Shown piece by piece: positions 36,742 through 48,580 of a stretch of DNA of 64,000 nucleotides. The position numbers were made by a program, and so were the translations under genes. Source of the stretch: Rhina ancylostomus (lineage: Eukaryota); assembly GCA_030265395.1 (NCBI GenBank), contig JARFYF010000001.1, positions 93,534,488 through 93,598,487 on the forward strand, read 5' to 3'. The notes beneath the pieces were generated by a model. That model was not told the origin of the DNA. It saw only the letters and a list, made by a program, of their open reading frames with translations, and searched no databases. Each line of letters begins with the position of its first letter. Within the stretch, counting starts at the first letter, position 1.

Positions 36742-36903
36742 TAACAAACTGCTGGGGGAACTCAGCGGATCAGTCCAGAGGAAGGGACTCGACTTGAAAC
36801 ATCGACTGTCCATTTCCCTGCACAGATGCTGACTGACCTGCTGAGTGTCTTTCAGCAGTTTGTCTTGTTCCAGATTCCAGCGTCTGCAGTCTCTTGTGTT
36901 TCA
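36742..36903 (+). mobile_element. 162-bp Penelope-derived insertion with a 13-bp TSD (acattagggcata)
   Basis: Direct repeat at 36729-36741 and 36904-36916. A short inverted arm precedes the hammerhead-bearing unit. Confidence 0.85.
36771..36808 (+). ncRNA. Minimal type-I hammerhead ribozyme motif, mutated
   Basis: cagtc CAGAGGA agggactcgactt GAAACATC gactg: stem I cagtc/gactg is perfect, core is mutated. Confidence 0.55.
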
Positions 36904-37435
36904 ACATTAGGGCATAGTCTGATAAGTAACTTTCATTTCACAAAGCTGTGGATCAATAGCCATTTCTAACGAGATGGAGTTAAATCACCCATTATTTGAT
37001 GTTCTGTGGCATTACTGTTGCATCCTGGGGGCCACCATTGAACAGAAACAGGTCAGAGGTTGGCTACCTTGTGGCAAGTGACTCATTACTTGAAACCTCA
37101 AAGGCTTTCCATCAATTGCAAGGCACAAGTCAGGAGTAGGAGAGAAGACTCTCCACTTTCTTGGATGAGTGTAGCTTCAACCAGACTCATGAAGCTTGAC
37201 ACTATCCAGAACAAAGCAGCCCATTTGATTGGTTCCCCATCCACTATCCAAACCATTTATTCCCTACACAAATGGAGCAGAATAGCTGCATTATGTACCA
37301 TCCACAAAATGTAGTTCTTCGCCTCAGCTATTTCAACAGTACCTTGCAAACCTGTAAACCTACCATTTAGAAGGACATAGGCACCCGTAGTTTCCTCTCT
37401 GGGATGCGCATGGTCTTGTAGCGGTATGGTTTTGA

Positions 37436-37489
37436 GGCAGCACAGTAGTTTTGCAGTTAGTGTAACGCTATTACAGCGCCAGTGACCTG
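37436..37489 (+). mobile_element. V-SINE head truncated by an assembly gap
   Basis: ggcagcacagtag...gcagttagtgtaacgctattacagcgccagtgacc. Confidence 0.75.
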
Positions 37490-38009
37490 NNNNNNNNNNN
37501 NNNNNNNNNNNNNNNNNNNNNNNNNNNNNNNNNNNNNNNNNNNNNNNNNNNNNNNNNNNNNNNNNNNNNNNNNNNNNNNNNNNNNNNNNNNNNNNNNNNN
37601 NNNNNNNNNNNNNNNNNNNNNNNNNNNNNNNNNNNNNNNNNNNNNNNNNNNNNNNNNNNNNNNNNNNNNNNNNNNNNNNNNNNNNNNNNNNNNNNNNNNN
37701 NNNNNNNNNNNNNNNNNNNNNNNNNNNNNNNNNNNNNNNNNNNNNNNNNNNNNNNNNNNNNNNNNNNNNNNNNNNNNNNNNNNNNNNNNNNNNNNNNNNN
37801 NNNNNNNNNNNNNNNNNNNNNNNNNNNNNNNNNNNNNNNNNNNNNNNNNNNNNNNNNNNNNNNNNNNNNNNNNNNNNNNNNNNNNNNNNNNNNNNNNNNN
37901 NNNNNNNNNNNNNNNNNNNNNNNNNNNNNNNNNNNNNNNNNNNNNNNNNNNNNNNNNNNNNNNNNNNNNNNNNNNNNNNNNNNNNNNNNNNNNNNNNTAT
38001 CTATGTGCT

Positions 38010-38240
38010 GGGTATTGGCAGAGGGATAAGTATTGGCCGGGTTCCAGAGAATACGCTGCTGTCTGAATAATACTCTCTGTTGAGAGGATAGTTGGGGCCT
38101 CAGAATAAAATATGCGAGAGGTGGCTGTCTCGGCTCTGCAGTAGTTGCACAGCACTGCATCCAAGTGCTGATCTGGAATTTGTGTGCAGATTTCTGGAAA
38201 TGGACTTGAGCCCACTTCCTGGGAAGAGAACTAACTGACC
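38010..38240 (-). mobile_element. DeuSINE 5' half, degraded
   Basis: gagggataagtattggccgggttccagagaa ... gcagtagttgcacagcactgcatcc ... tggacttgagcccac. Confidence 0.7.
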
Positions 38241-39299
38241 CATATCTTAATTAGGTACAACTCTAGGGCGTTCAGTTTCAGCCAGTGCTCTCGCTGTACT
38301 CGGTTGTAAGAGACCACAAAGTCTCAGAATATACCACTTACAGCGCTCTTTCCATGTTTACATTTGTTTTGATGAAAATGGTACTGTGGTTGGTCTTAAT
38401 TAAAACCAGACATATCTACAGAATGCGCAATCTCTTTGATGCTGTGGGGTTGTTCTAATTTTCAACAAGATTATGTTATAAACTTCACAACATTGCAGTA
38501 AGTGGACAGAAAGCTGCCTTTCCATCACTGATTCCTGCCATCAGGCTTCTCCCCCACCAGGGAGTGGATAGTGTTTAAAATCAGAAACTGAAGCCTGACC
38601 GCCAGCATCCACATATTTGGACAAATTACGACGAACGTTCTTGTGACTTTAATGCCTTAATATCATTGCCTGCTGTTGATTTGTAACTTTTGCACATGAT
38701 TCAATGATAAAACTTGGCAACAGATATTTTCCAAAGCTATTTCAGGTGGAATAGCACATTGTCAATCCCTCAAGGTAGAACTGATTGAGACATTCATCTG
38801 CTGCAAAATATTTCAGTGAGGCAAATTAATTCATGTAACTAATAGTGATGTGGGAATTTTGAGCTGAAAAAGTTACATTTAATATATATCAGTTGAGCAA
38901 AATTAAATTAAAGAAAATTTTGCATTTATGTATCGCCCCTGATGACCTTGGAACATCTCAAAGCACTTAACTAATGAAGAATCCACTGACTACATTTGTT
39001 CCACCAACTCCTCAGATGATCTGATTTCCCAGATAAGATGTAGCAGCAGATCTCACTGTCATGTCCAATTAATTTGGAGGGAATTAGACAAATTCAAGAA
39101 ACTTTATTTGCGAAGGTTTCCTCGGTGAGGGACTGGCACCTAATAAATGACCAGCAAAATATTGATGTTGATGAAGTCTTCTGAAATGAATGAATACAAT
39201 TAACAACACCATAACCTTCATACTTCCCCTATCCAAGAGTGGACTTTTAACATCCCATTACCCTTGTACTGCTCTATGCTGGCAATATTACCTGTTCCC

Positions 39300-39417
39300 T
39301 CTCAGCGCTAATGCAAGATCTTGACCTGAAACATCAACTTGCATTTTTTGCCTTTGCAGATGCTGCTAGACATGCAGAATTCTTCCAGCGTCTGTTCTTG
39401 TTCTAGATTCCAGCATC
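39300..39417 (+). mobile_element. Penelope-derived short element
   Basis: ctaatgcaagatcttgacctgaaacatcaac...gcagatgctgctagac...tagattccagcatc. Confidence 0.7.
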
Positions 39418-39419
39418 AA

Positions 39420-39675
39420 ATCAGCATCAGCAACCCAGGTTCAAATCTGGCTATTGTCTGTAAGGAGTTTGTACGTTCTCACTGTGTCTGCATGGGTTTC
39501 TTCCAGGTGCTCGGTTTCCTCCTATATTCCAAAAGATGTACAGGTTAGGAAGTTGTGGGCATGCTACGTTGGCACTAGAAGCATGGCAACACTTGCGGGC
39601 TGCCCCCAGAACACTGTGCAAAAGATGTATTTCACTGTGTTTTGATGTACCTGTGACGCAGTAAGATATCTTCTT
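39420..39675 (+). mobile_element. HE1-like V-SINE, 5'-truncated, Rex-like tail type
   Basis: ggttcaaatctggctattgtctgtaaggagtttgtacgttctc...caaaagatgtatttcactgtgttttgatgtac. Confidence 0.9.
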
Positions 39676-40614
39676 TGTCTTGCACCTGTAACTCTTTGCT
39701 GTGCACATATAGCTATGGCTCTAGTTCTGTTGCCTTTCACTCATCTTGCCCCATGCATCCTCTGCAAGCTCTGTCAATATGTGCCCCTGAATCTTTTGTC
39801 CCCCATCTGCGCTTGCATCCCAGGCTCACTGCTCACCATCCCAAAAGCTCTGGTGTGCACACACTCCACCCTGCACAATGTGCAAAGCAAGGGAATAATT
39901 TGAGCTGAAGAAAGAGGGTCCTGATGCATACAGCAATCACTCTAGGTACCATTTCTAGGACATACATTGAATTGCATATCCCCCTTGTACCATGCAACAA
40001 TACTTTCAGTGTTGTTGGTATAATGTAGTCCTGGGAGTAAATGATGTAAGACTGTGCTGAAACAATCTTGCAGACATTGTGAAGACATTGCAGACATACA
40101 TCAATTACCCAAATTCCACTACTTGCCTTCTATCCTTCCTCCACCTCCCTCCTCATTACACTATTGGTGGGCCCATTGGGCCTGTGACTATCAAACTTCT
40201 CTCCTCCGTTCTCTTCATTCCCCCCCCCCCCCCACCCGGCTGCACCCCAACCGGACAAAGTGTAATGACTGTTCAGGCAGTTGAAAGACATCAGTTCGTG
40301 CAGCCCACAGATTTTGAGGCATTTTTGTCTGTTTTGAAGTAAAGCATCCTCCTCTGCTGCCGTGATGGTTGATGCAAATGTTATGGATGTGCTTGGTGAT
40401 CTTGATTGTCCATTATCTCCTGTCAGCTTTTGAGACTTCCAACATCAGCAAAGCAGACTTGATCAAAATCTGTGGCTGCATTGGTGCATTATCCTCTGAA
40501 GTATGGCTGGGCATTCCATCAGCCTGTTCTCTCTCATTTGTCCTCTTCTCAAAAATATTCTTGCCCTTTTATAAACAGATAGCCAGCGTTTCCTGTACTT
40601 CTGTATCTGTCACA

Positions 40615-41230
40615 TGAAGGATCCCTTCAGGATTTCTCCTTGGCTCCCACCTTTTCCTCATTTGTATTATCTTATACTGATAACAGCTTCTCCCATGCCC
40701 GACCCTTCCTCACCTTGTAATGTTCCCCAGCTGCCAGTTTAACCTACTGATATCGGGTGATGGGGGCTCATTGGTGCATGTAGATTCTGCTGCCAGGGGT
40801 GACGTAAGTTCCATGTTATACCTGGGAATTTGTCCTGGAGCTGATGCTAATCTCTTTCAGGGTGTTAAGTTAGTGTGTGATCAGGACTGGAGATTGGGTG
40901 ACCAGAGTTTTCATGAACAAACCTGGAAATCTTCTCTCAGCTTTCTAAGTGCCTGAAGCTCCAGGTCAAACTGGAGTTTCAGATGAGCTGTTGGCTCGCT
41001 CTGAACCTGAGCGCACAAGTTACATCTGCCTCAATCTCATCTGTCACTAGCTGTCATCCACCTCAAACACAACTTGCTCCAGCCTCCATCACACCCTGTC
41101 CACTCTGTAAAACCCTTTATCATTACTGTTCCCTTTGTTAGAATCCAGTCCTCTTACTGTTCTACTTGCCAGCCTTTGCTTCTCCAGCTTCTCTGAATTC
41201 CAACACCCAAAAGGCTATAGTCCTCTGTGC
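40615..41230 (+). mobile_element. L2-like ORF2 remnants, highly degraded
   Basis: ccttcaggatttctccttggctcccaccttttcctcatttgt resembles PQGSxLGPxLFLIY, followed by patchy L2-like pyrimidine-rich sequence. Confidence 0.4.
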
Positions 41231-42689
41231 TTTACTGTAACAGTGGGATTTTGAAATAATTTTTTTTACTGGTCTTGCTCAATCTCTTACTCTTTGATCT
41301 GCAGTTTCTTTTCTCCCTACCCACTCACCCAAAGCTATTATCTATTTGGGGTTTATACAGTTCTGGGCTGAGTCTTTCATTGTGTTATTTTAGATGAGGT
41401 CTGAGCAAAATTAGTTTTTTTGCTTAATGGGACGTTGTATGGTTTGACGTTTTTCCTGACTGCTAAAATTTTGTTAATTCCACCAACTCCATTCTAGTAT
41501 TCAATTAACAAATATCCAGCTTGCCTCTTCCTCTCCCTTTGTTTTCAGGACATCAGAACAGGCCCTTTGGCCCATCAGTTGTTGGGATAATTTTAATGGT
41601 TAACAGTTCTGAGTTTATGCCACCAGCTGTACTTAATAACTCTTTCCTGGGGCAAAGAGCTCTGAACCTGTTAAATGAAGTTCTGGATCATTAAGCCCAC
41701 TGACTTGCAAGTCTCTTGAACGACGAATTATTCTGATCCATGTCCTTGTCGAGTCTGACAGAGAACATGCTTTATTTCCCAACAGATTGTTAAAGTTTTC
41801 ATTCAGAATTGACACTCAAAGCTTGTTTAATTTGTGACTAATAATAAGTTTGTTGTGGACCATATGTGGCTGTTGTGAACCACTTCATGAATTGAGCAAT
41901 GATGCTTGGCCTTTGATAGATTTTTAACATTGCCACTTCAGCTGAAAGGAGTTCCACATTTGGATAGCACCTGTCATGATCTCAGCACAACCCAAAGACC
42001 TTTAAGGATAATGAAGGTACTTGGTATGCACTTCCTTCTGGTTATGAAGTGCATACCCTGCTTGTTTTTAGAACATAGTCCAATTTATTAAGGAAAACAA
42101 AGAACTATTTAAAATCAACTTCAGTGTTTAAATTGCTATGGGGACTGCTTTATTTCCATTCCCTCTCTGCTGTATTAGTGTGCCATTGGTTTTCTCACCA
42201 CAACGTTTTTGTGGCTTACAAGATGCAACATCACAGGAAATGATAGCTGTTCTGTTTATTCTTTGCATTTGATTAGAGTAGATGTGGGTTCCATTCTAAG
42301 CTCAACAAAAGCCGTTCCATTGATCAGACTTAAAGATTAGATGTTCCAGTATAGTTATGTGTGTGTTTTTCTTACCTGATTATAGCGAGTGATGTTACTG
42401 CACAGAAATCGAATAATTGCCTGTATTTTGCATTGAGTGTGATGGTGAGGCTGTTGATAGTTTTGGAGATTACAGAATAAGTTCTGCAGTCTGCACTGAT
42501 CAATTGAAACAAGGATGCCTCGAGTTGCCATGTCCTTGGTGAGAGACTTGTCATTAAAATGTGTGCAGTGGCACATGCTTTGGGAGAATGCCATAAGCAG
42601 ATAGGTGTGTGGCAAATATTACTCGCCTGTCAACAGCTCAAGGCTGAACATTGGCTGGGACTTGCGATAACCTCTGAAATTTAAATCAC

Positions 42690-43215
42690 TGGGAATTTAA
42701 CACAAAGTGTTCCACAGGCTGGACTCCTACCTGGAACAAAGCAAGGAGAGACTTGTGATTGTTGGAGACCAATTATCTCAGCCCCAGGATATTCCAACGA
42801 CAGTTCCTCAGTACAATGTCTTTGGTCAAAATATTTATAATCACTTCCTCAATAAACGTCTGTCCATCAAAAGGATCCGAAGTTGGGATGTTTGATGCTT
42901 AGACAATTTGTAACATGTGAAAAAATGAAATAGTCTGTCTTTGCATGCAGAGAGGTCTGGGCAATGTTAGGACATAGTGTGTTAAATGACAAGTAATATT
43001 TATGCTGTACAGGTGCCAGACAATGGCCATCTTGACCAAGAGAGAGTTCAACAACTTTAACATTTGGTGGTTTCAGTAATGGTAAAACCATAAATGTCAA
43101 TATTCCAAGCTTGTCATTGATCAGTTTAACCAGATCATTCACCTCCACATAGCAGTTACAACAGCAGGCATTCTGCAATGAGTTAGTCACCATCAACTCA
43201 TGAAAGAATTTCCAC
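42690..43215 (+). mobile_element. CR1-group (Zenon/Crack-like) LINE RT fragment
   Basis: SYLEQSKERLVIVGDQLSQPQDIPTTVPQYNVFG, homologous to 36140-36280 and 36690-37110. Confidence 0.75.
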
Positions 43216-44272
43216 CATCTACAATGCATCATTGAGGTGTATGTTAAAATCATCTCTGTTTGCCTGGGTGAATAGAGCTCCAATCGCACATGTGAAGCTT
43301 GGTCTCAGCCAGAACAAGTCTGTCAGGACTATGGTAAACATTAAGGGCCACAGTTTGTGGTCAGCAGTGATCCATTCACACTCACTGCAGACTGATGAAA
43401 AGAGAATGCACTTGACTGCCTTTGGTTTTCCCGGCAGGAATTTTCTGGGAGAAACCAGCTTATTTCTCAGCACTGAGGACCTGAATATCTATTAAGTTTT
43501 ACAGCATGTACTGCATCAGGTGGGTGGGGCAAAACTAACTCCATCCACAAAACAGCTGAAGAAGTCTTTGGAAATTTCTGATATTCTGAAGCATTATGAA
43601 ATGATTTTTTAAAAATTAAAAATCAAACTTAATTTAAAAGGTTTCAAACTTTTTTGAAAATGAAATTAAATACTCAAATGTTTAAAAAAAATACCAACAC
43701 TAAAGACACAAATATTATTTTTACCTTGGTCCTTCCTCCTGAGGTAGTCATTCTGGGCACGGGCGACTTGCTGTCACTGGAGTAAGAGAGTGGAAGGTGG
43801 TTATGTGTGATTCCTTTTAACATGAGGTTGCCGTAACACACATCTTGAAAGAATCAGGTCTGGGTCCAATGGTACGTGGACCTAACGTGCACGTGTATAC
43901 ACACACTTGCTCACACATACACAGGAGTGTACATTTGCTCCTCCACCCTGGCCCATCTAGCCCCAAATCCTTCATTTCCGACCTCCCTCCCTCCCTCCCT
44001 CCATGCTCCTCTCTCCCTCTCTTCTTCAGCTCAATCATTACGTACCTACTCTCCCCCTCTCCCATCTGTTCCCCTGCACAGCTGTCAATGCAGAGGAACT
44101 CCCTGCATTAAGTGCAACCTAGTCCTGGTTGTTTGAGCAGATTTTCCATCAGAAGCATTGGGAATTTTGCATGGCCAGATAAATGCCAGTGGGTAGCTAC
44201 GATTGGGCTTGGAAGTTCTGCATTTAAGCAGAAATTGACAGGTATTTACATGGTGAAATGCTGTCAATCACA

Positions 44273-44395
44273 TTCAAGTTCAAGTTTGTTATAATGGGCA
44301 TATACCCAGGATATAAATGCCATGAAAAGTAGTTTTTTTTGCAGCTGTAGCACAGTGCATTATATTACATAGAAATGCTGTTAATTACATGTAGA
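44273..44395 (-). mobile_element. Probable Rex-Babar-type 3' tail fragment
   Basis: (caagtt)2 terminal microrepeat followed by atgaaaagtagttttttttgcagctgtagcacagtgc. Confidence 0.4.
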
Positions 44396-45396
44396 ATTAC
44401 CAGTACTTCATATCAAGTACAGGCGCCAGCTGATGAATGTTGAACTTCTGAAGCACCTCTGCTCTGCATCACCTGAGGCCTTGGCACACACTAAGGAATT
44501 AGTTGGCACCTTTCCAGGTGCAGCACACCTCCTAACTCATCCATTGTGTTTTGTTTTAACCATGCCAAGCATTTCTTATCCTTGATTTGAGATCCAGATT
44601 TAATGAGCAGGTCATTCCCCAGCAACGCATTTTAGACATCTGTAAGCTGGCTTGAGATAATGAATAACATAGCAATAAACTGTGAAAGCCAAATAGGAGC
44701 AATAATAATTATCTATTGGCACTTTGAAAGCCTTTCTAATAAATAATTATACAAGTAAATGTTCTTGTTGAGCTTGGAAAGATCCTTCTGTCTTGCAATG
44801 CAGGCCAGCTTCAGAGCCAGGAAACTGAGAATTAAATTAATATCTTCTGACCGAGAAATGCTGTGAAAGCTATGTTTACATTAAGTAGTCAAGGTGAGAA
44901 CTGTAATGTCACTGGTTCATTGATGATGCAAATAGGCATGAAACAGCAAACTTATAGACGTCACTGTCTTCAGGGAATTGTATGTTGAATATATTTCTCA
45001 GCCTGCTGGCTCACGTTTTGAAGCTCTTTCTTTCCTGTGCAGCCGAGTCAATGGTGAAGCCACTCAAGTGCAGCAGCTGTGTGTGATGCTGCACCAGCTG
45101 GCTCTTGAAGCAAGCCCAGGTTATGATTTATTTTTTCTGCTGGTGTCTTGTTTGATGGCCGTGGAAGGTATTGGATTGGTTCTGTTGGCAGGATTTGCTA
45201 TTTGCTGCACTGACAATATCCATTGGCTGACTTCCAGCGTACCCTACAGCATGATAAGGCATCCATTTGATTTATTAATCCAGTGTAATTTATTACATTG
45301 TTTATGTGCTGTTCAGTCAGGCCCATCCATTAGATAAAGGGTCAGGTGGTTTGAACTCTTTCATTGGGTGGCTAAGCTAGGCTTTGGAAATGGGGC

Positions 45397-45575
45397 AGAG
45401 ACGCAAAGGACTGCAGATGCTGGAATCTAGGTGAAAAACACTGTGGTGCTGGAGGAACTAAGCAGGCCAGGCGTCATCCATGGACAAAAGCAGGCAGTCA
45501 ACATTTCGAGTTGGGACCCTTCTTCAGGACTGAAGATAGGAAAGGGGGAAGCTCATATATAGGAGGAAAAGCAGG
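45397..45575 (-). mobile_element. Penelope-derived short element
   Basis: ggactgcagatgctggaatc...gctggaggaactaagcaggccaggc...hammerhead...purine-rich flank. Confidence 0.85.
45495..45532 (-). ncRNA. Minimal type-I hammerhead ribozyme motif
   Basis: Reverse complement reads cagtc CTGAAGA a gggt ccca actc GAAATGTT gactg. Stem I (5 bp), stem II (4 bp with one G-U) and the CUGANGA/GAAA core are intact. ACGTC has decayed to ATGTT by two CpG transitions. Confidence 0.65.
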
Positions 45576-45950
45576 GAAATGGGGCACATGGCTTAAGTGC
45601 TTAAGCCATCTTATCCCTGGGAGATGAGGCTAAAAATGGAGCGTAATGTGGTTGGATGTGCCATTGATATGATTGAAGAGAAGATCATAGGGCTCAAACC
45701 AAACTATTATTCAGCCCCAGGCCAACACGACAGAACAGTTGTTTAAAAGCATAAAAATGAGTACTGTAAATCTGCTTTTTAAAACAAAAATCATTGGAAA
45801 TAATCAACAGTACAGGCAGCAATCTGCCTGTTCAGACTGATAAACAGATCATCAATTCTATTAGAAGGCTATTGATCAGAAACATTTACACCATTTCTCT
45901 CTCCAGAAGCTGCCTGACTTGTGAATATTTGCAGAATTGTCAGTACATTC

Positions 45951-46240
45951 AGGGCAGCACAGTGGCTCAGCCAGTGGAGCCACTGCCTTAGAGTGACCTG
46001 GATTCCATACTGACTTCGGATGCTAACGATGTGGAGTTTGCATGTTCTCCCTGTCACTGCGTGTGTTTCCTCTAGGTGCTCCGGTTTCCTCCCACTTCCT
46101 GAAGGCATGCGAGTCTGTAGGCAAATTGATCATCACAAATTTCCTGTGCTGTGGGCAAGAGGTCGAATCTGGGGAAGAGTTAAAAATTTGGTGAGGAAAA
46201 AATGAGGATCAGTGAAAATGGGTGTTTGATGGTCGGTGCT
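45951..46240 (+). mobile_element. V-SINE (older subfamily)
   Basis: gggcagcacagtggctcagccagtggagccactgcc...tgtggagtttgcatgttctccctgtcactgcgtgtgtttcctctaggtgctccggtttcctcccac. Confidence 0.85.
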
Positions 46241-46249
46241 AAAACAGGT

Positions 46250-46975
46250 TTTTTTTTCTCTTTCCCTCTCCTCCCTTTCCTTCCTCACTTCCCCCCACCC
46301 AATCTACTGGTCCTCCCATTTTTGTCCCCCTTTCCACCCTTCTCCCCTGACAGTCCTCCTCCATCCATCTTGGTCCCTTGCCCTCTCCTGGCTCCATCCA
46401 GCCAGCACACACAGGTTTCCCCACCCCCACCCCCCCCAATCTGGTTCCATCTGTCGTTCACTTTTCCCCTAATGGTTCCCATTCTCTCCTCCTTATCCAG
46501 AACTGGTAGGGCTTTGTGATCCTGCTGATCTCCCTCGTATCTTTACACTCTCCTCCCTCCACCTTGCTCAATCTATTGTTTTTCCTTTTATCTACTCGAC
46601 TCCTTTAATAGTCTGCCTCCATCTATCATTCACCTGCCACAGTCTTCCAATTCCACCCCCACTCCCCTCCCTGGCACTGCCTACCTGTTATCTGATACCC
46701 CTCCTCTGTCTNNNNNNNNNNNNNNNNNNNNNNNNNNNNNNNNNNNNNNNNNNNNNNNNNNNNNNNNNNNNNNNNNNNNNNNNNNNNNNNNNNNNNNNNN
46801 NNNNNNNNNNNNNNNNNNNNNNNNNNNNNNNNNNNNNNNNNNNNNNNNNNNNNNNNNNNNNNNNNNNNNNACTGTCAGTCCTGATGCAGGGCTTTCACCT
46901 GAAACGTCGACAATTTCTTTCCTCCCACAGATGCTGCACGACCTGCTGAGTTCCTCCAGCACATTGTTCTTCCCA
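46250..46975 (+). mobile_element. Penelope 3'/pLTR region: C/T-rich tract, gap, then hammerhead-bearing unit
   Basis: Pyrimidine-rich tract like 35200-35510, ending ...cacagatgctgcacgacctgctgagttcctccagcacattgtt. Confidence 0.75.
46878..46911 (+). ncRNA. Minimal type-I hammerhead ribozyme motif (CUGAUGC variant)
   Basis: gtc CTGATGC agg gctttca cct GAAACGTC gac: retains the palindromic ACGT stem III and the GUC cleavage triplet. Confidence 0.6.
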
Positions 46976-47429
46976 GAAGGATAATTGAGGTGCCAGAGGA
47001 GAATGAGATGGTCCATTGAGTCAAAGGCTGCAGCACGTGAAGTGGGGCAACAAAAATGTAATGAAGCAGGATTGCAGTAACAGTGGACATCAGTCGTTTC
47101 GAGTCACATGATGAGATGGAAACTTGAGGGAACTGCAGGGAATAGTGGGTGGAGAAGAGGCACAAATTTGGAAAAGAACAATTGACAGTGGATCTGTTTG
47201 TGAGGAATGAGGTCGGGGTGAAAGTGGCAGGGACAGCACAGGAGGAAAGCCTTTGAGAAATGCCAGCTGAAATGCAAACAAGGAAAAGAAACTTATTGGT
47301 TGGTACTTATTGGCAAGCAGTGAAAGGGAACTGAAAGTGGATCACATAATTATATTTTAAAAAAAAGTGACATTCAGGAACCAGATACAAGAGGAGAGTC
47401 AAAATTGAGAAAGCAACATTGCACCGGAT

Positions 47430-48260
47430 CAAACCGTAGTGTATTATCTTAGGGGCTGCTTTACACCTGGAAGAAGATTTTGCACGTGCGGGCGTGGTTA
47501 CTGGTTCGAATACTTAAACTCCAAGAATTGACTTGCATGGACGAGATATGCTGGTGAAGATGCACAGAGGTGTCCAGCAAGGGCAGCAAGCTCCAAAGCA
47601 GGCAAGGATTCAATCATTGTCAACAGGCTCAAGACAGGTCACTTCAATTTGCAGACTGGTCCAAAAATAAAATTATAATGAAGACCAAGCAATTTTCAGC
47701 AAGGAAAAAAAGGAGATAGAGAGGCCAATGGATATTTTTGCAAAGGAAGCATTTCCACCCTGGGGAAAGTCAATTTACATCTCTGAGGGTGCATGGGAGC
47801 TATCCTGGTAGAAACGTGGTTTCTAGGGGAAGCTCTAAAGCTAGAAGCCACACTCTAATGTTGAGGATAGAGTGAATGGAATTTCCTTGCATTGTCCAGT
47901 AAATATTGCTCTGCGAAGGAAACTAGCCAGATACTTTGATCGAGTCAAGTGGAACTTTGGTTTAGTAATCCAGTATTTCACTGCAGCCAGAAAATACAGG
48001 ATTAAAAAACACTATCCATATTGGCTCAATGACATCTGTGAGGCAGTATGCTTGGTTTCCAAAGACTGAAAGAACTACAACATGTTTTCATGTTGACCCA
48101 TCTCAAATTAGAGTCCAGCTGGAGGATTAACAGGTGAACTAAACAAGCGGCATGCATTGGCTGAGTTAAAGTCAAGAATAACATTTTGTGCTTGCTTACA
48201 TAACATTATTGTGACACAGCCAGAGCTGTAAGTATGAATGAGGCAACATTAACCCCTCCA
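47430..48260 (+). mobile_element. Possible ancient PIF/Harbinger transposase fossil
   Basis: Ordered motif echoes across frameshifts: VTGS; IFLQRKHFHP..Q..LRVHGSYPGR (47732-47812); YP..WL/MT; YN; GELNKR; ITFCACLHNII (48178-48210). Confidence 0.4.
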
Positions 48261-48454
48261 GCAACATGAAGATGATCTGAGCAAATGTTTTCCCCCTTGT
48301 GGCAGGCAGTGCACATTCGATGAGAATCAAGGAGAGATGCTGGTTTCTGCAAGCTGACGATTGATTCTAGTAAAAAAGCAAGCCAAGTATTGAACCTTGT
48401 AACAAACCAGCAAACAGGATTTAAGGACCTAAAGATAGAAAGAACCTTTCCCCT

Positions 48455-48580
48455 CCCTGTCACTAAAAACAAATCATCTGATCAGTATTTCACTGATGCT
48501 TGTGTGACCTTGCTCTGTGCAATCTGATTACTGCATTTCTTATATTGATACAGTAATGATACTATGCAAAATGCTGTAAC
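48455..48580 (+). mobile_element. DeuSINE Deu-domain fragment
   Basis: tcactaaaaacaaatcatctgatcagtatttcactgatgcttgtgtgaccttgctctgtgcaatctgattactgcatttcttatatt. Confidence 0.7.

Larger units (their letters stand above)
35630..37385 (+). mobile_element. CR1-group (Zenon/Crack-like) LINE ORF2, degraded, hosting two younger insertions
   Basis: cagttcaggtttcaccagg (QFxF), gcctttgacatcatggcagcatctgagcaagtgtggcat (ALDIxAAFDxVWH-like), CKAQVRS..EDSPLSWMS..KLDTIQNKAAHLIG. Confidence 0.85.

Noticed and set aside
44429-44480. C/D box snoRNA (TGATGA...CTGA...CTGA)
   Set aside because: Too short and lacks a C' box; expected by chance.
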